Below are positions 61,952 to 64,000 of a stretch of 64,000 nucleotides of DNA, piece by piece. How positions within the stretch are numbered: the stretch's first letter is position 1; each line of letters begins with the position of its first letter. The notes beneath the pieces are model-generated. The model saw nothing but the letters and a program-made list of their open reading frames with translations. It did not search any database and was not told the DNA's origin. Origin of the DNA: Candidatus Bathyarchaeota archaeon. GTDB taxonomy: Archaea > Thermoproteota > Bathyarchaeia > Bathyarchaeales > Bathycorpusculaceae. The stretch lies in contig CAWGZR010000010.1 in NCBI GenBank assembly GCA_963827165.1, positions 160,001-224,000 of the forward strand, in the 5' to 3' direction. The position numbers were made by a program, and so were the translations under genes.

Positions 61952-62563
61952 ATGGGAAAAACTACAAAGGCTGGACGATTAAGAGAAAAAACGCTTGCTG
62001 ATGTGCAACTATCCAAGCAAACCACATTTGACAGCTTGCCCGTTGAACGGGAAAAGCCAACAGAAAAAGCTGATCTAAGCCACATTAAGAGAATATTGAT
62101 CACCGAAGTGTGCAGTGAAACAAAGGAAGATGACTTGGAGCTCAAAGTTGGGTTCAGATTGATTCCTTCTAAGTCTTCCTTTTCGAGGGTAGTTGAAGAA
62201 CTGTTTTTTGACGGGCAAAAACTGAATAGCTGCGTAGTCCGAATTCCTCAAGGTCCACTTTCAGCTGACGATTTGGAGTTACCTGTTTCCTCTTTAGACA
62301 TGAAAGGAATAATCGCTGGGCAGCACGTTATCCGAGTTGAAATGTATGAGTTGTGGAACTCCAAGGAAAAACTCTCTTGCACTTCTAAAGAAGTAACCGT
62401 GAACTATGTTCCAGTACGAAGGCAAGATAGGTACATAAAAATTCCGATAGTGAAAAACCTCTCGACAGAGATCGATGTGATTTTGGGCTCTGAAAAGAGG
62501 CTCTATGAAGAGATGGGAAAGGATCTTGAAAAAGAACGCGTAGGTAAACGGGACGAGTGGTAA
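61952..62563 (+). CDS. Hypothetical protein (beta-rich)
   Basis: Intact 203-aa ORF, no motif recognised. Confidence 0.6.
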   Translation: MGKTTKAGRLREKTLADVQLSKQTTFDSLPVEREKPTEKADLSHIKRILITEVCSETKEDDLELKVGFRLIPSKSSFSRVVEELFFDGQKLNSCVVRIPQGPLSADDLELPVSSLDMKGIIAGQHVIRVEMYELWNSKEKLSCTSKEVTVNYVPVRRQDRYIKIPIVKNLSTEIDVILGSEKRLYEEMGKDLEKERVGKRDEW

Positions 62564-62652
62564 GTTATGTGGTTAATTCGTGAATCTTCGGCATGGCAAA
62601 ATATAATATGCACTTTATTTGAAAAGAGTTCGAGTTCTCTGAGGGGATAAAG

Positions 62653-62898
62653 ATGAAGCCGCTAAACCAAAAAACCAAAGATCAGTTGGTAGTCATCGGA
62701 TTGCTAGCTTTAGAATCAGGTTTCGTTTACAATGTGGTGATCAATTTTTACAATTACGCTGTCAAAGGAAGGTGGTACTTTTTGGTTCTCGGCATTTTAG
62801 CGACAATCGGAACAATCATCCTTATTGTTTATTTGCTTGTGATTCTCTTCACTTTTTTAGATAAAAGAAAGGTCCTAAAAGAATTCCAAACGACTTAA
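62653..62898 (+). CDS. Small two-TM membrane protein
   Basis: GAGGGG RBS; two hydrophobic helices. Confidence 0.6.
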   Translation: MKPLNQKTKDQLVVIGLLALESGFVYNVVINFYNYAVKGRWYFLVLGILATIGTIILIVYLLVILFTFLDKRKVLKEFQTT

Positions 62899-62952
62899 AA
62901 ACTGGGACGAGAAATCAAAGAAAGAAAAAATCTGATTGACAACTCTGAACAA

Positions 62953-63354
62953 TCAGGAAAATATTGAGAACGATGATTCGCCTTCGGGTTCCTTTTGTTT
63001 GTCGTTGATTTCTTTGATTTTCTTGTTAAGTTCCTCTACTTCTTTGGTGTTGCCTAAAGCGTTCTGACTGTCTCTCGCCTGTTCAAGCGCGCTGACCCCG
63101 TATCGGTCAAATCCCTTGCTGAAGGCTACGTCAGCCGATTTCATGAAGAACTCAACCGCTTTCGGATAATCTTTTAGTTGGAAGCTGCATTCGCCGGCTT
63201 TGTAGTTCATTTCGGCTGAGCCAAAATAGTTTTGGCTTTTGTAGTACATTTCTGCTACTTTCATGAAAAGGTCGCGGGCTTCGGCGTAGTTGCCATTTTC
63301 CATCATCGCGTTAGCGTCTTTGTGAAGTTTAATCGGATCTTCTTTTACGCTCAT
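62953..63354 (-). CDS. TPR / SNAP-like helical repeat protein
   Basis: A..LF.K.AE.Y and KAGEC...KDY.KAVEFF.KSA repeats. Confidence 0.7.
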   Translation of the reverse strand: MSVKEDPIKLHKDANAMMENGNYAEARDLFMKVAEMYYKSQNYFGSAEMNYKAGECSFQLKDYPKAVEFFMKSADVAFSKGFDRYGVSALEQARDSQNALGNTKEVEELNKKIKEINDKQKEPEGESSFSIFS

Positions 63355-63552
63355 GACTTATCACAGGCAATATTCTGCGAGAACTCCAATTTAGATTTTC
63401 CCCTTTCGCGATGCTACCAAGTTATCTGTGAACGCCCATTTTCGGCTAGTGAATTAAGCTTTGATCTAACTTTCCCGGAAGACTTCTATTGAAACGTTTA
63501 TTAAAAGCTTCAAACTCTGAATTAATTGTCAATTTTTAGGTTTTGATAGAAA

Positions 63553-63942
63553 ATGCTAGAGCCTAAGAACATTATTTTGGAATATCTCAAATTATTGGGT
63601 TCGGGAAAATTTAAAGAAGGGCTGCGTTTTTTTGCGCCCGATTGCATAACGCATAATCCATTCATTTCTGGCAACATAGAAACGTTAACCGATGCAATGA
63701 TCGCGGCAAGTAAAGATATGAATACAAATAGCACAGATTCTGAATTTGTAGTCAAAAATGTCCTCGCTGACGGAAACCTTGTTGCAGCCCACACTGAATT
63801 TCTGAACTCCAAATCTAGACCCAGCGAAGGTGGTTTGAGGCAAGTTCATCTTTTCAAGTTCAAAGATGACAAAATCGTTGAGTACTGGGATATTACACAA
63901 CAAGTAATGCCGAACATGCCTAATGCCGCAGGGGCTTTCTAA
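63553..63942 (+). CDS. SnoaL/NTF2-like protein
   Basis: FAPDCITHNP, ADGNLVAAH, FKFKDDKIVEYWD. Confidence 0.88.
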   Translation: MLEPKNIILEYLKLLGSGKFKEGLRFFAPDCITHNPFISGNIETLTDAMIAASKDMNTNSTDSEFVVKNVLADGNLVAAHTEFLNSKSRPSEGGLRQVHLFKFKDDKIVEYWDITQQVMPNMPNAAGAF

Positions 63943-64000
63943 ACCAAGAATCTTTAATGGGATGATGACTTGAGAAATCTTGTTGTTTTATCTTTCGTGA

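Noticed and set aside
309-63903. Numerous overlapping antisense or alternate-frame track ORFs (e.g. 3606-3884, 7101-7325, 10441-10974, 15772-16074, 28313-28747, 56544-56996)
   Set aside because: Shadows of well-supported genes on the other strand or frame, with no motifs
1-64000. CRISPR array, tRNA or rRNA genes
   Set aside because: No regularly spaced repeat-spacer units, cloverleaf or rRNA signatures seen by eye; a tRNAscan/CRT run would be definitive

Overview
Archaeal genomic window. Gene content suggests a TACK lineage, probably Bathyarchaeia (inference): secE-spt5-rpl11-rpl1-rpl10 cluster, archaeal DtdA, Rpo5 and many TTG/GTG starts. Core and metabolic genes include tungstate ABC tupABC with modE, a MEDS/PAS two-component locus, argF, ilvC, ppk2, DNA ligase, an E1-like ThiF/MoeB and ArsB. 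A frameshift-split ~1900-aa DUF4011-SF1 helicase-nuclease-DUF3320 (Hhe-like defence) gene is also present. Three mobile elements can be delimited from sequence alone. (1) An IS1634-family IS at 2028-3583 with TTATAA target duplication. (2) A ~4-kb island at 14640-18682 bounded by a 12-bp direct repeat; its circle junction is a 23-6-23 imperfect palindrome and it keeps only a 20-codon integrase-like stub. (3) A ~10.3-kb tyrosine-integrase element at 41439-51773 bounded by TAATTCTTAA with internal inverted arms; it encodes a ParB-HTH protein, RHH-like regulators and a structured origin-like region. Elements 2 and 3 appear to sit in BRE/TATA promoter boxes of host genes rather than in tRNAs. Other highlights: a stand-alone Rpo5 with a eukaryote-like Rpb5 N-terminal domain, and a structured small RNA/peptide unit behind a BlaI-like operator. 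Single-base indels in several conserved genes suggest long-read consensus errors, so frameshifts should not be read as true pseudogenes without checking reads. No tRNA, rRNA or CRISPR array was recognised. All family assignments are by eye; no database search was run.
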